DNA of 64,000 nucleotides, from NCBI GenBank assembly GCA_937906455.1, contig CALCYT010000040.1:6308-70307 (forward strand), in the 5' to 3' direction. This stretch comes from an uncultured Bacteroidales bacterium. Lineage in GTDB: Bacteria; Bacteroidota; Bacteroidia; Bacteroidales; F082. The notes under the pieces were generated by a model. It searched no databases, was not told where the DNA came from, and was given only the letters and a program-made list of their open reading frames with translations. The translations under genes were made by a program, and so were the position numbers. Positions 39,671 through 49,199 of this stretch are shown in pieces; positions within the stretch are counted from its first letter, which is position 1, and each line of letters begins with the position of its first letter.

Positions 39671-40947
39671 AAAAAGGTCTGGATATACATCTTGAGGGCA
39701 CTCCATCAAATGAAATGGAATGTTTTGAGCCGACTTTATGTGCCATCAAACCTCTTGATTTTATTGGTATCTCACCCAAAATGCACGTCATCGAGGGTGA
39801 TGAGGTGCAAATAGGTTCGGCCCTGTTTCACGATAAAAACAATGAGAGAATTTTATTCACTTCTCCTGTCTCCGGCAAGGTGAAAGCCATAGTGAGAGGT
39901 GAAAAACGCGCCATTTTACGTGTCGTCATCGAAAATGATTTCAAGAACGAATCCATCGATTTCGGGGCGGCAAATCCCAATACATTGTCTCGTAATGAAC
40001 TGATTGACAAAATGTTACGTAGCGGTGTATGGCCAATGCTTCGACAACGTCCTTTTGCCACTATAGCCAATCCCAATGATGCTCCCAAACATATCTTTGT
40101 CTCTATGTTCGACACAGCACCTTTGGCAATAGATAATGATTATATCATTGAAAATCAATTTGATGCGATAAAGACAGGCTTGCAGGTGTTGTCAAGGTTT
40201 ACTGATGGTAAAGTTTATATGGGTATCAGGCATAATTCATTGATATGCAAAGAGTTATCTAATCAGGTCGGGAATGATGATATAATAGCGGTCGAATTTG
40301 ACGGCAAGCATCCGGCAGGTAATATCGGCACACAGATAAATGCCATATCACCAATAAACAAAGGTGAAGTCGTGTGGTATTGCTATCCCTGCGATGTCAT
40401 GACAATCGGCAAATTGTTCCTCACAGGAAAATACGACAGCACCCGCATCATCGCCACATCAGGCTCGGCGATAAGAAACCCGCATTATTATACGACTAAA
40501 ATCGGAGCCGACATATCTCCTATATTGAATGTTGACGAAAACAGCCGTATTATAAGCGGTAACGTGTTGACAGGCAGCAACATAACTGATGACAGATTCC
40601 TTGGTTACCATGATTCTCAAGTCACTGTGATACCGGAAGGCGACAAATACAAACTTTTCGGATGGATTCGACCGGTTTTCAAGCGTTTCACCGACACCAA
40701 CACTCATGGCGACACACGTCCTTACATTATGACAGGAAAATTCGAGAAGGTCTTTCCGTTCGACATCTACCCTATGCAGCTCATCAAGGCTTGCCTCATC
40801 AAAGACATCGATCAGATGGAAGAACTCGGCATCTATGAGATTGACGCTGAAGACTTTGCGCTTTGTGAAGTCATCGACCCGTCAAAAACGCCTATTCAGC
40901 AAATCATCCGTGAAGGACTTGAATTTATTAGAAAGGAGACGAACTGA
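39652..40947 (+). CDS. nqrA: Na+-translocating NADH:quinone oxidoreductase subunit A
   Basis: 431 aa. MDKIKIKKGLDIHLEGT is a typical NqrA N-terminus. The start overlaps the upstream C25 gene by 19 nt. Confidence 0.9.
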   Translation: MDKIKIKKGLDIHLEGTPSNEMECFEPTLCAIKPLDFIGISPKMHVIEGDEVQIGSALFHDKNNERILFTSPVSGKVKAIVRGEKRAILRVVIENDFKNESIDFGAANPNTLSRNELIDKMLRSGVWPMLRQRPFATIANPNDAPKHIFVSMFDTAPLAIDNDYIIENQFDAIKTGLQVLSRFTDGKVYMGIRHNSLICKELSNQVGNDDIIAVEFDGKHPAGNIGTQINAISPINKGEVVWYCYPCDVMTIGKLFLTGKYDSTRIIATSGSAIRNPHYYTTKIGADISPILNVDENSRIISGNVLTGSNITDDRFLGYHDSQVTVIPEGDKYKLFGWIRPVFKRFTDTNTHGDTRPYIMTGKFEKVFPFDIYPMQLIKACLIKDIDQMEELGIYEIDAEDFALCEVIDPSKTPIQQIIREGLEFIRKETN

Positions 40948-42074
40948 TGGGATTAAGGAACTATATTGATAAAATCAAGCCAAACTTCGAGACGGGCGGG
41001 AAATATGCCAGGTTTCACTCGACTTTCGAGGCTTTTGAGACGTTTTTATACACCCCTGACAAGGTCACGACGAGCGGCTCGCATATCCGTGACACCGTGG
41101 ATATGAAACGCAACCTGATTACTGTCGTGATAGCACTGATTCCTTGCTTCCTATTCGGGACATGGAACATTGGATACCAGCATTTTCTGTCTTATGGTGA
41201 AAGCGTAACATTTTGGCACACATTTGGTTACGGACTTTTAAAAATCATCCCGCTCTACTTGGTGAGTTACATCGTAGGACTGACAATTGAATTCGTCTTT
41301 GCGGAAATTCGTCATGAAGATGTAAATGAGGGCTATTTCGTCACCGGATTTCTAATCCCGCTCATCATGCCTGTCGAAGTGCCGCTCTGGATGCTCGCCC
41401 TCGCCGTGGCTTTCGCGGTAATCATAGGGAAAGAGGTCTTCGGTGGCAGCGGCATGAATGTGGTGAATCCCGCACTCTTGGCGAGGGCGTTTCTGTTCTT
41501 CTCCTACCCCTCCAAAATGACAGGCGACAGCGTGTGGATAGCTGATAAAGCTGACGCTTACACAGGCGCGACACCTCTCGGAACAATACTCAACGGTGGC
41601 GGAGTCAACGAGCTTCCCTCATTGACGGATATGTTTGTGGGCACCATCCCCGGAAGCATTGGCGAGACATCTAAAATAGCTATCTTGATAGGTGGTATTA
41701 TACTGATAATCAATGGATTGGCAAGTTGTAGGATAGTCGTTTCAACATTCTTGGGCGCGATCTCCATGGCATTGGTTTTCAATGTCCCGATATGCCAACA
41801 TCTGTTGATGGGCGGTTTCATGTTTGGCACTTTCTTTATGGCGACTGACCCCGTGACTGCAGCTCAGACTAACCCCGGAAAATGGATTTACGGCTTCCTC
41901 ATCGGAGCAATAGTGATGCTCATTCGTGTGGCAAATCCCGGCTATCCAGAAGGAATGATGCTCTCAATACTGTTGATGAATATTTTCGCGCCTCTCATCG
42001 ACTGGTGCGTGGTGGCTCTCAATATCCGCAGACGCAAAAAACGCTGGGCTGCGGCGGAAAGGAGGTCGAAATGA
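40947..42074 (+). CDS. nqrB: Nqr subunit B
   Basis: 375 aa polytopic protein with the FMN site context FFMATDPVTAA. Confidence 0.9.
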   Translation: MGLRNYIDKIKPNFETGGKYARFHSTFEAFETFLYTPDKVTTSGSHIRDTVDMKRNLITVVIALIPCFLFGTWNIGYQHFLSYGESVTFWHTFGYGLLKIIPLYLVSYIVGLTIEFVFAEIRHEDVNEGYFVTGFLIPLIMPVEVPLWMLALAVAFAVIIGKEVFGGSGMNVVNPALLARAFLFFSYPSKMTGDSVWIADKADAYTGATPLGTILNGGGVNELPSLTDMFVGTIPGSIGETSKIAILIGGIILIINGLASCRIVVSTFLGAISMALVFNVPICQHLLMGGFMFGTFFMATDPVTAAQTNPGKWIYGFLIGAIVMLIRVANPGYPEGMMLSILLMNIFAPLIDWCVVALNIRRRKKRWAAAERRSK

Positions 42075-42628
42075 GCGACAGATATATCTTCCGTTATATC
42101 ACAATCCTTGTCGTGATAGTGTCGGTGTTGCTGTCCGCTGCCGCGATGTGGCTCCAACCTTACCAGAAACGCAACGAGCTTAACGAAAAACGTGTCAATA
42201 TCCTGAAAGCGGCCGGAATTACTGATGTTAACGACAATAATGCGGAAATTCTTTTTCAAAAACATTGCACCGCCAAGCATGATGGCAACCTTCCTTATTA
42301 CGTCATTGATGACACAATCACCGTCATACCAATGCGCGGCAACGGCCTGTGGGGACCAATATGGGGTTACATAGGCTTGTCTGATGATTTTGAGACAGTC
42401 GTGGGTGCCGTCTTCGACCATAAATCAGAGACACCTGGCCTGGGTGCCGAGATAACCACCGACGGTTTCCAACGACAGTTCTCAGGAAAAGAACTTCAAA
42501 AGAATGGCAACGATTATTTCGTTGAAGTCGATGCCATTGCAGGCGCGACACGCACTTCTGACGGAGTGAAGTTGATGATAAAGAACACTTTAGAAGAATA
42601 TAAGACAATTTTTGAATGCAATGAGTAA
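42071..42628 (+). CDS. nqrC: Nqr subunit C
   Basis: The start MSDRYIF at 42071 overlaps the nqrB stop (ATGA). One TM and the FMN-binding motif [13 protein letters not shown]. The longer ORF in the track (41882) lies inside nqrB. Confidence 0.88.
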   Translation: MSDRYIFRYITILVVIVSVLLSAAAMWLQPYQKRNELNEKRVNILKAAGITDVNDNNAEILFQKHCTAKHDGNLPYYVIDDTITVIPMRGNGLWGPIWGYIGLSDDFETVVGAVFDHKSETPGLGAEITTDGFQRQFSGKELQKNGNDYFVEVDAIAGATRTSDGVKLMIKNTLEEYKTIFECNE

Positions 42629-43226
42629 GAATTGGAATCTGATAACGGCTCCTTTGCGCAAAGCCAACCCGGTCACAGTGCTGATATTGGGCATCTGCTC
42701 GTCGCTGGCAGTCACGGCGAAACTTAAGCCCGCCATAGTAATGGCATTGTCAGTGACGGTGGTGACAGCCTTGTCTAACCTCGTCATCTCATTGCTGCGC
42801 AAAGGCATACCATCAAAAATTCGTATCATCGTACAACTCATTGTCGTAGCCGCCTTGGTGATTTTAGTGGACCAGTTTCTGAAAGCCTTCATGTATGATG
42901 TGAGTAAGCAACTGTCTGTTTTTGTGGGTCTTATCATCACGAATTGCATTGTGATGGGGCGTTTGGAGGCGTTTGCGATGTCGCATAACCCTTGGGAGTC
43001 GCTCCTCGACGGCGTAGGCAACGGCTTGGGCTATGGCTCGATTCTCGTCATAGTGGCGTTTTTCAGGGAGATTCTCGGCTCCGGGACGCTGTTAGGTGTT
43101 CAAGTCATACCTCAAGGACTGTATGATTTCGGATATATCAATAACGGCTTGATGATATTACCTCCTATGGCATTGATAATCATAGGGATAATAATCTGGC
43201 TACAAAAGTCGGAGGAGGAGAGATGA
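42612..43226 (+). CDS. nqrD: Nqr subunit D
   Basis: 204 aa. [10 protein letters not shown] and [17 protein letters not shown]. Confidence 0.9.
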   Translation: MNAMSKNWNLITAPLRKANPVTVLILGICSSLAVTAKLKPAIVMALSVTVVTALSNLVISLLRKGIPSKIRIIVQLIVVAALVILVDQFLKAFMYDVSKQLSVFVGLIITNCIVMGRLEAFAMSHNPWESLLDGVGNGLGYGSILVIVAFFREILGSGTLLGVQVIPQGLYDFGYINNGLMILPPMALIIIGIIIWLQKSEEER

Positions 43227-43840
43227 TGGATACATTAGGCATTTTCTTCCGCTCGATTTTCATCGACAACATGGTCTTCGCATACTTTCTCGGCATGTGC
43301 TCTTTCCTCGCCGTCTCAAAGAACGTGAAGACATCATTCGGGCTTGGTGTGGCCGTAACCGTAGTGCTGGTTATCACTGTGCCGGTGAATTATCTCCTCG
43401 ACAAATATATCCTCTCAGAAGGCGCGTTGTCGTGGATAAGTCCGGCATTTGCAGATGTGTCGCTCGACTTTCTCAGTTTCATCATTTTCATCGCCATAAT
43501 AGCAGCTATAGTACAGATTCTGGAGATGGTAATTGAGAAATACAGCCCTACTTTATATAACGCCTTAGGGATTTTCCTCCCCTTGATAGCCGTCAACTGT
43601 GCCATTTTGGGAGCCAGCCTCTTTATGCAGGAAAAACATTATGTCACTGTAGGTCAATCACTTGCATATGGACTTGGCTCAGGGATAGGTTGGCTTGTGG
43701 CAATTGTCGGCATGGCGGCCATAAGAGAGAGAATAAGATACTCGAAGATACCGAAACGTATGCAAGGCACCGGTATCGCATTCATTATCACAGGTTTAAT
43801 GGGAATAGCTTTCATGGCTTTCCTCGGAATAAATATCTAA
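43223..43840 (+). CDS. nqrE: Nqr subunit E
   Basis: 205 aa. [11 protein letters not shown] and [12 protein letters not shown]. Confidence 0.9.
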   Translation: MMDTLGIFFRSIFIDNMVFAYFLGMCSFLAVSKNVKTSFGLGVAVTVVLVITVPVNYLLDKYILSEGALSWISPAFADVSLDFLSFIIFIAIIAAIVQILEMVIEKYSPTLYNALGIFLPLIAVNCAILGASLFMQEKHYVTVGQSLAYGLGSGIGWLVAIVGMAAIRERIRYSKIPKRMQGTGIAFIITGLMGIAFMAFLGINI

Positions 43841-43841
43841 A

Positions 43842-45086
43842 ATGAGCACATCATCAATCATATTAACAGGCGTCATTGTGTTTCTCATAGCGGTGCTGAT
43901 TCCGGTGGCGATACTTATTTTCGTGAAAAAACGTCTCAGCCCCAAAGGTGATGTCAGGATTAGTGTCAACGATGAGCGGGAACTTGATGTCACGCCGGGC
44001 GGCACTTTGCTTCAGACTCTTGCCGAACAACAGATTTTTCTGCCATCGGCTTGCGGCGGCAAAGGCAACTGTGGCATGTGCAAATGCCGAGTTTTGCAAG
44101 GTGGCGGCTCCATTCTGCCAACAGAGAAAGGTTTTTTCAGCCGTAAAGAGCAACTCGACAACTGGAGGTTGGGATGCCAAGTTAAGGTGCGCGAAGACCT
44201 TAAAATATTCATAAACCCTCAGATATTCGGCATCAAAAAATGGGAATGCACTGTCGTGAGTAACCGTAACATCGCCACATTTATCAAGGAATTTGTGGTG
44301 CAATTGCCTGAGGGCGAACGTCTTACATTCCAGTCCGGGAGCTATATCCAGATTGACGTGCCAAAATGTGTTGTCAATTACAATGACATTGCAGTGGACG
44401 AAGAATACCGTCAGGACTGGGAGAGATATCACATGTTCGACCTGATCATGCGCAACAACGAGCCGCAATTCAGGGCATATTCCATGGCAAGTTATCCTGC
44501 CGAAGACAACATCATCAAGCTCAACGTGCGCATCGCCACACCTCCATTCGACAGGAAAAACGGCGGTTTCATGAAAGTCAACCCCGGCGTTTGCTCATCA
44601 TACATATATTCGCTTAAGCCCGGCGACAAAGTCACAATAAGCGGTCCTTACGGTGAGTTTCATATCAAAGACACTGAACGTGAGATTATCTTCATCGGCG
44701 GCGGCGCGGGAATGGCCCCAATGCGCTCGCATATCTTGGATTTGTTCCTTACCAAGCACACCAAGAGAAAAATATCGTATTGGTATGGAGGACGCTCCTT
44801 GCGTGAGCTTTTCTACACCGACGATTTCAAAAAAATCGAGGATGAAAATACAAACTTCAAGTTCAATATCGCCTTGTCATCACCTCTTCCTGAAGATAAT
44901 TGGAGCGGATATGTCGGCAACATCCATGAGGTGTTGTTCGAGAATTACCTAAAAAACCATCCCGAGCCTGAAGAAATCGAGTATTATCTGTGCGGCCCGC
45001 CGATGATGACTAACGCTGTGCTTGCCATGCTCGACAATCTCGGTGTACCGAAAGAAAATATCCTTTTTGATGATTTTGGTGCCTAA
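43842..45086 (+). CDS. nqrF: Nqr subunit F
   Basis: 414 aa. N-terminal TM, 2Fe-2S ferredoxin motif CGGKGNCGMCKC, FAD site RAYSMAS, and NAD site IFIGGGAGMAP. Confidence 0.92.
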   Translation: MSTSSIILTGVIVFLIAVLIPVAILIFVKKRLSPKGDVRISVNDERELDVTPGGTLLQTLAEQQIFLPSACGGKGNCGMCKCRVLQGGGSILPTEKGFFSRKEQLDNWRLGCQVKVREDLKIFINPQIFGIKKWECTVVSNRNIATFIKEFVVQLPEGERLTFQSGSYIQIDVPKCVVNYNDIAVDEEYRQDWERYHMFDLIMRNNEPQFRAYSMASYPAEDNIIKLNVRIATPPFDRKNGGFMKVNPGVCSSYIYSLKPGDKVTISGPYGEFHIKDTEREIIFIGGGAGMAPMRSHILDLFLTKHTKRKISYWYGGRSLRELFYTDDFKKIEDENTNFKFNIALSSPLPEDNWSGYVGNIHEVLFENYLKNHPEPEEIEYYLCGPPMMTNAVLAMLDNLGVPKENILFDDFGA

Positions 45087-45087
45087 A

Positions 45088-45231
45088 TTTCACCCCAAGA
45101 AGAATTTTTTTCACCCCTAAAATGGATATTTCACCCCATTTTATGTATTATTTTTAATTCATTCACCCCTAAAATCGGCATATTCATCCCTAAATAGGCG
45201 TTTTTATCCCATTTTTCACCCCATTCATCCC
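45088..45231 (+). repeat. G-poor array of eight TCAYCCC-core direct repeats, mostly ~20-21 nt apart
   Basis: Cores lie at 45090, 45111, 45131, 45163, 45184, 45204 (ttatccc), 45216 and 45225. The three longest units are ttcacccctaaaatgg, ttcacccctaaaatcgg and ttcatccctaaatagg. Confidence 0.85.
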
Positions 45232-45286
45232 TTTATTTTTTGTGGGTTAAAAATATATTTAATTTTGTGGCGATTTAAAAGCTAAA

Positions 45287-47062
45287 ATGATGGAAGAGAA
45301 ACGCATTTTTGACATTCTTACGACCTATTTGAAAAAGTATCCGAAACAAGACATCGCTCTTGCTAAGAAAGACAATGGCATTTGGAGAAAATACAGCATA
45401 CAAGAATACGTCGAAACCACAAATATCATCAGCTATGCCTTGATAAAATTGGGAATCCAGAAAGATGACAAGGTCGCGATAATAAGCAGCAACAGTCCCG
45501 AGTGGAATATTTTGGACATGGCCATTCAGCAAGTCGGTGCCGTCACAGTACCTATCTACCCTACTATCAGCAAAGAAGACTACCGCGTGGTGATCAACAA
45601 CAGTGAGGCTAAGTTTGTGATGGTTGAAGGATTATGCGTTTTGAATAAGATTGAGGACATCATCAACGATATACCTTCTTTGAAGATGATTTACACTTTC
45701 GTAAAACGTGGCGACCACCCTATTTGGGACGATTTGCTCGCATTAGGAAGGGAAAATCCGAATCCTGAAGAGTTAGAGCGACGGAAAGAGTCGGTGGGGA
45801 GCGACGATTGCGCCACCATCATATACACTTCGGGAACAACAGGTACACCCAAGGGCGTCATGCTGTCGCACGCCAATATTCTCGGACAAATCGAGAATCT
45901 GCGCCAGACACCATCACCCACCTCAAAGCGCGCGTTGAGTTTCCTCCCGATATGCCACGCCTACGAGAGGATGTTAGTCTATCTGTATCAATATCTTGGG
46001 ATGTCAGTTTATTATGCTGAGAGTGTCGCCACCATCGCCAATGACATGAAAGAGATACATCCCACCATGATGTCATGCGTGCCTCGTCTGCTGGAGAAGA
46101 TATATATCAAGGTGAAACAATCCGGACAAAAGCAAAAAGGACTTTCAAAGGCGATATTCTATTGGGCGATGAACATCGCCGACAGTTATACCGTTGACGG
46201 ACGCAGTTTGTTCTACAATCTCAAACGTTGGATTGCCGACAAGCTCGTTTACCGCAAGATTCGCAAGACTTTAGGTGCGGAATGTTTCGACATCGTCGTT
46301 TCCGGGGCGGCCAGCATACAAAAGAATATCAGCGCGTTCTTCTCCGCCATCAGGATGCCTGTCTTTGAAGGCTATGGCATGACGGAATGCTCTCCCGTGA
46401 TTTGCGTAAGCTCGCGACTGCTTCATGCGAGGGAAGCGGGGTTTGTGGGGCCAGCATTGCCGGGAGTGGAGGTGAAAATAACGGAAAACGGTGAGATTAT
46501 TTGCCGCGGACACAATGTGATGATGGGTTACTACAAACAACCTGCGCTGACAGCAGAAGTCATCGACCAAGACGGGTGGTTCCATACAGGCGACCTCGGG
46601 GAATTCAACAAATACGGCAGTCTGCGCATCACAGGACGCATGAAGAACCTTTTCAAGACATCGTTGGGCAAATATATCAACCCCGACATTATAGAGAATA
46701 AGTTCACAGAATCAGGTTTCTTCGAAAACGTGGTGGTGTTCGGCGAAAACGAGAAATTCGCCGCCGCACTCATCGTGCCCGACTTCTCTTTTGTGAAGGA
46801 CTGGTGCGCGAAACACGACATTAAATTCACTACCAATGAGTCAGTCATCAATCTTAAGGAGGTGAAAGACCGTCTTGTGAAAGAGGTGCAGAAAATCAAC
46901 AGTTTCTTCGGCGACACCGAGAAAATCAAGCGGTTCAAGTTCATCTCCGACGAATGGAGCACCGCCAACGGCATCCTCACCCCCACTCTGAAAGTGAAAC
47001 GCTCAGTGATTCTTCAGAAATATCAAGATGTGATTAATAGGATGTACCAAGGAGGAGACTGA
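45287..47062 (+). CDS. Long-chain acyl-CoA synthetase (AMP-forming ligase family)
   Basis: 591 aa. AMP-binding motif IIYTSGTTGTPKGVMLSH. Also GYGMTEC and TGDLG..GSLRITGRMKN. Confidence 0.88.
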   Translation: MMEEKRIFDILTTYLKKYPKQDIALAKKDNGIWRKYSIQEYVETTNIISYALIKLGIQKDDKVAIISSNSPEWNILDMAIQQVGAVTVPIYPTISKEDYRVVINNSEAKFVMVEGLCVLNKIEDIINDIPSLKMIYTFVKRGDHPIWDDLLALGRENPNPEELERRKESVGSDDCATIIYTSGTTGTPKGVMLSHANILGQIENLRQTPSPTSKRALSFLPICHAYERMLVYLYQYLGMSVYYAESVATIANDMKEIHPTMMSCVPRLLEKIYIKVKQSGQKQKGLSKAIFYWAMNIADSYTVDGRSLFYNLKRWIADKLVYRKIRKTLGAECFDIVVSGAASIQKNISAFFSAIRMPVFEGYGMTECSPVICVSSRLLHAREAGFVGPALPGVEVKITENGEIICRGHNVMMGYYKQPALTAEVIDQDGWFHTGDLGEFNKYGSLRITGRMKNLFKTSLGKYINPDIIENKFTESGFFENVVVFGENEKFAAALIVPDFSFVKDWCAKHDIKFTTNESVINLKEVKDRLVKEVQKINSFFGDTEKIKRFKFISDEWSTANGILTPTLKVKRSVILQKYQDVINRMYQGGD

Positions 47063-48233
47063 CTTCCACCCTTCTGTTTTTAGCCTTGTCAGACTCGTTG
47101 TCGTTTGGCGCGACAGGATGTTCGGCGCCATAGCCGGCGACGCTAATCCTCGAATCGGCGACACCTCGGCTCACAAGAGCGTTTTTCACCGACTCGGCAC
47201 GCGCCACCGAGAGCTTGAGGTTATGCTCATCAGTGCCACTGTCATCAGTGAAGCCGGAGATGTGAATGTTCACAAACATATTGTCTTTCAGATAATTAGC
47301 AAGAGAATCAATTGAAAGATACGACGATTCCATAAGTGTGGAACTGTCGAACTCAAAGTGTATGTCTCGCATCACGAAAGGAGTTGTGTCAATAGTTGTC
47401 GGTACGTCAACTTCTTGAAAATCAAAGATATATATGTCAAAACCGCCAATGCCGCCCTCACGGTCAGATGAGACATAGCATTTTCTGCCGTCGGCACTCA
47501 CTCTGAAACTAATCTCGTTTTTGCTTGAATTTATCGGCTCGCCGAGGTTCTCAGGTTCGCCCCATGAGCCATCAGACAATCTCCTGCACATGAAAATATC
47601 ATATCCCCCCATCCCATCATGACCTTCAGAGGCAAAATATAAAATGGTGCCTTTGCTGTTGACAAAAGGACTCATCTCTCCAAACCTTGTGTTCGTCACG
47701 CCAATGGCTGTTGGGACGCTCCATTCCCCCTGTGAGTACCTGCTAAAATAAAGGTTGCTCTTATATTGCCGAGTGTCGCGGACAAAGTAAAGCTCCTTGC
47801 CGTCGGCACTGAGATATGGCTGTGACTCCATAGTGACAGAGTTGATTGGTTTTCCAATGTTGACAGGGGTAACCCATTGGTTATCAATATAATCGGAATA
47901 ATAAATATCACCTCTGCCTAATCCATCGGGATAATCGATGCCAACAAAATACATTCTTTGCAAATCGGATGTAAAACATGCGGCTCCGATACCACGGTCG
48001 TATAAACAATTGATATTCAATGGTTTTGCAGGCATGAAATTGTCATCGACTATCTCCGATGTATATACGAACTCCGTGATATTTCTTCGTGTGAAAACAA
48101 TGCCTTTGCTTTCAGGAAGTATGTAGTTGATGTATTCGTCGCCTTCAGTGTTAATATTGCCTCCAAGATTTTGAGCATTACCCGACAAAGACGAAAACGA
48201 AACTATTGTCAGTCCTAATACACTGACAATCAA
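47034..48233 (-). CDS. OmpA-family protein with TolB-like (PD40) beta-propeller repeats
   Basis: 399 aa. Repeated E..P..S.DG..LYF motifs and a C-terminal OmpA domain (GFTDDSGTDEHNLKLSVARAESV..NRRVEV). The only available start is TTG, so the N-terminus is uncertain. Confidence 0.8.
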   Translation of the reverse strand: MIVSVLGLTIVSFSSLSGNAQNLGGNINTEGDEYINYILPESKGIVFTRRNITEFVYTSEIVDDNFMPAKPLNINCLYDRGIGAACFTSDLQRMYFVGIDYPDGLGRGDIYYSDYIDNQWVTPVNIGKPINSVTMESQPYLSADGKELYFVRDTRQYKSNLYFSRYSQGEWSVPTAIGVTNTRFGEMSPFVNSKGTILYFASEGHDGMGGYDIFMCRRLSDGSWGEPENLGEPINSSKNEISFRVSADGRKCYVSSDREGGIGGFDIYIFDFQEVDVPTTIDTTPFVMRDIHFEFDSSTLMESSYLSIDSLANYLKDNMFVNIHISGFTDDSGTDEHNLKLSVARAESVKNALVSRGVADSRISVAGYGAEHPVAPNDNESDKAKNRRVEVSLLLGTSY

Positions 48234-48262
48234 TATCTTACTATAGTAATTTGTAGTTATGG

Positions 48263-49144
48263 CTATTTTCTTTTTTTCGCTTGCAAAGTATTGTACAGCA
48301 GTTCCACTATTGTCATCGGGCCTACGCCGCCCGGCACCGGAGTGATTTTTGACGCCACTTTCACCACCTCATCGAAATCGACATCACCTTCAATGTGATA
48401 GCCTTTTTCTGTTGTAGGGTCTGCGATGCGATGTATTCCCACGTCGATGACTACGGCACCCGGTTTCACCATGTCGGCTTTGAGGAACAATGGCTTACCG
48501 ATAGCCACCACTATAATGTCGGCCTGACGTGTTATCTCCGCGAGATTTTGGGTCTTGCTGTGGCATATTGTCACGGTAGCGTCGGCACCTTTACGCGAAA
48601 GCATAACGCTTATTGGTGTTCCCACGATATTTGAGCGACCCAGTACCACCACATGTTTCCCGGCTGTCTCGATGCCGCTGCGTTTCAGCAGTTCCACGAT
48701 GCCGGCAGGTGTTGCAGGCAAGAAACAAGGCTCTCCGAGTTGCATCAGACCGATATTGAAAGGAGTGAAACCGTCAACATCCTTTTTCGGATTGATGCTA
48801 TGTATGACCTTGGTCTCGTTGATATGTTTCGGCAACGGCAACTGTATGATATAACCGTCTATTTCTTCGTCATTATTAAGAAAATCAATGAGTTTGAGAA
48901 GCTCTTCCTCTGTGGTGTTAGACGGCAGACGGTAAACAGAGCTTGTCATGCCCACCGACTGGCAGGCTTTCTCTTTTGAGGCGACGTACGTCTTGGAGGC
49001 GCCGTCTTCACCCACTATCACCGCAGCGAGATGCGGTGCATCCATGCCTTTGTCAAGCATTTCGGCCACCTCAGCGGCTATCTCTTTTTTCATGGCATCA
49101 GCTATGGCCTTGCCGTCGATGATTTTGTTTTCTGGTATATTCAT
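48263..49144 (-). CDS. folD: Bifunctional methylenetetrahydrofolate dehydrogenase/cyclohydrolase
   Basis: 293 aa. YVASKEKAC, IIQLPLP, VVVLGRSNIVGTP, PVPGGVGPMT. Confidence 0.92.
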   Translation of the reverse strand: MNIPENKIIDGKAIADAMKKEIAAEVAEMLDKGMDAPHLAAVIVGEDGASKTYVASKEKACQSVGMTSSVYRLPSNTTEEELLKLIDFLNNDEEIDGYIIQLPLPKHINETKVIHSINPKKDVDGFTPFNIGLMQLGEPCFLPATPAGIVELLKRSGIETAGKHVVVLGRSNIVGTPISVMLSRKGADATVTICHSKTQNLAEITRQADIIVVAIGKPLFLKADMVKPGAVVIDVGIHRIADPTTEKGYHIEGDVDFDEVVKVASKITPVPGGVGPMTIVELLYNTLQAKKRK

Positions 49145-49154
49145 AATTTTAAAG

Positions 49155-49194
49155 TTATTCAGTTGTTCAGTTGTTCAGTTGTTCAGTTAAACTG
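49155..49194 (+). repeat. Octamer tandem repeat (TTGTTCAG) x4-5 between ffh and folD
   Basis: ttattcag ttgttcag ttgttcag ttgttcag ttaaactg. Confidence 0.88.
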
Positions 49195-49199
49195 ACTAA

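Noticed and set aside
41882-42628. A 248-aa version of nqrC, and similarly 56111..57028 for aroE.
   Set aside because: The N-terminal extensions overlap the preceding genes (nqrB and the small membrane protein) in another frame. Internal ATGs at 42071 and 56306 give canonical N-termini and ATGA or short-gap coupling.
45088-45231. Whether the TCAYCCC repeat array is a small CRISPR array.
   Set aside because: The conserved unit is only 7-16 nt with ~20-nt phasing and degenerate AT-rich 'spacers'. That is far below CRISPR repeat and spacer sizes, and it is 42 kb from cas9.
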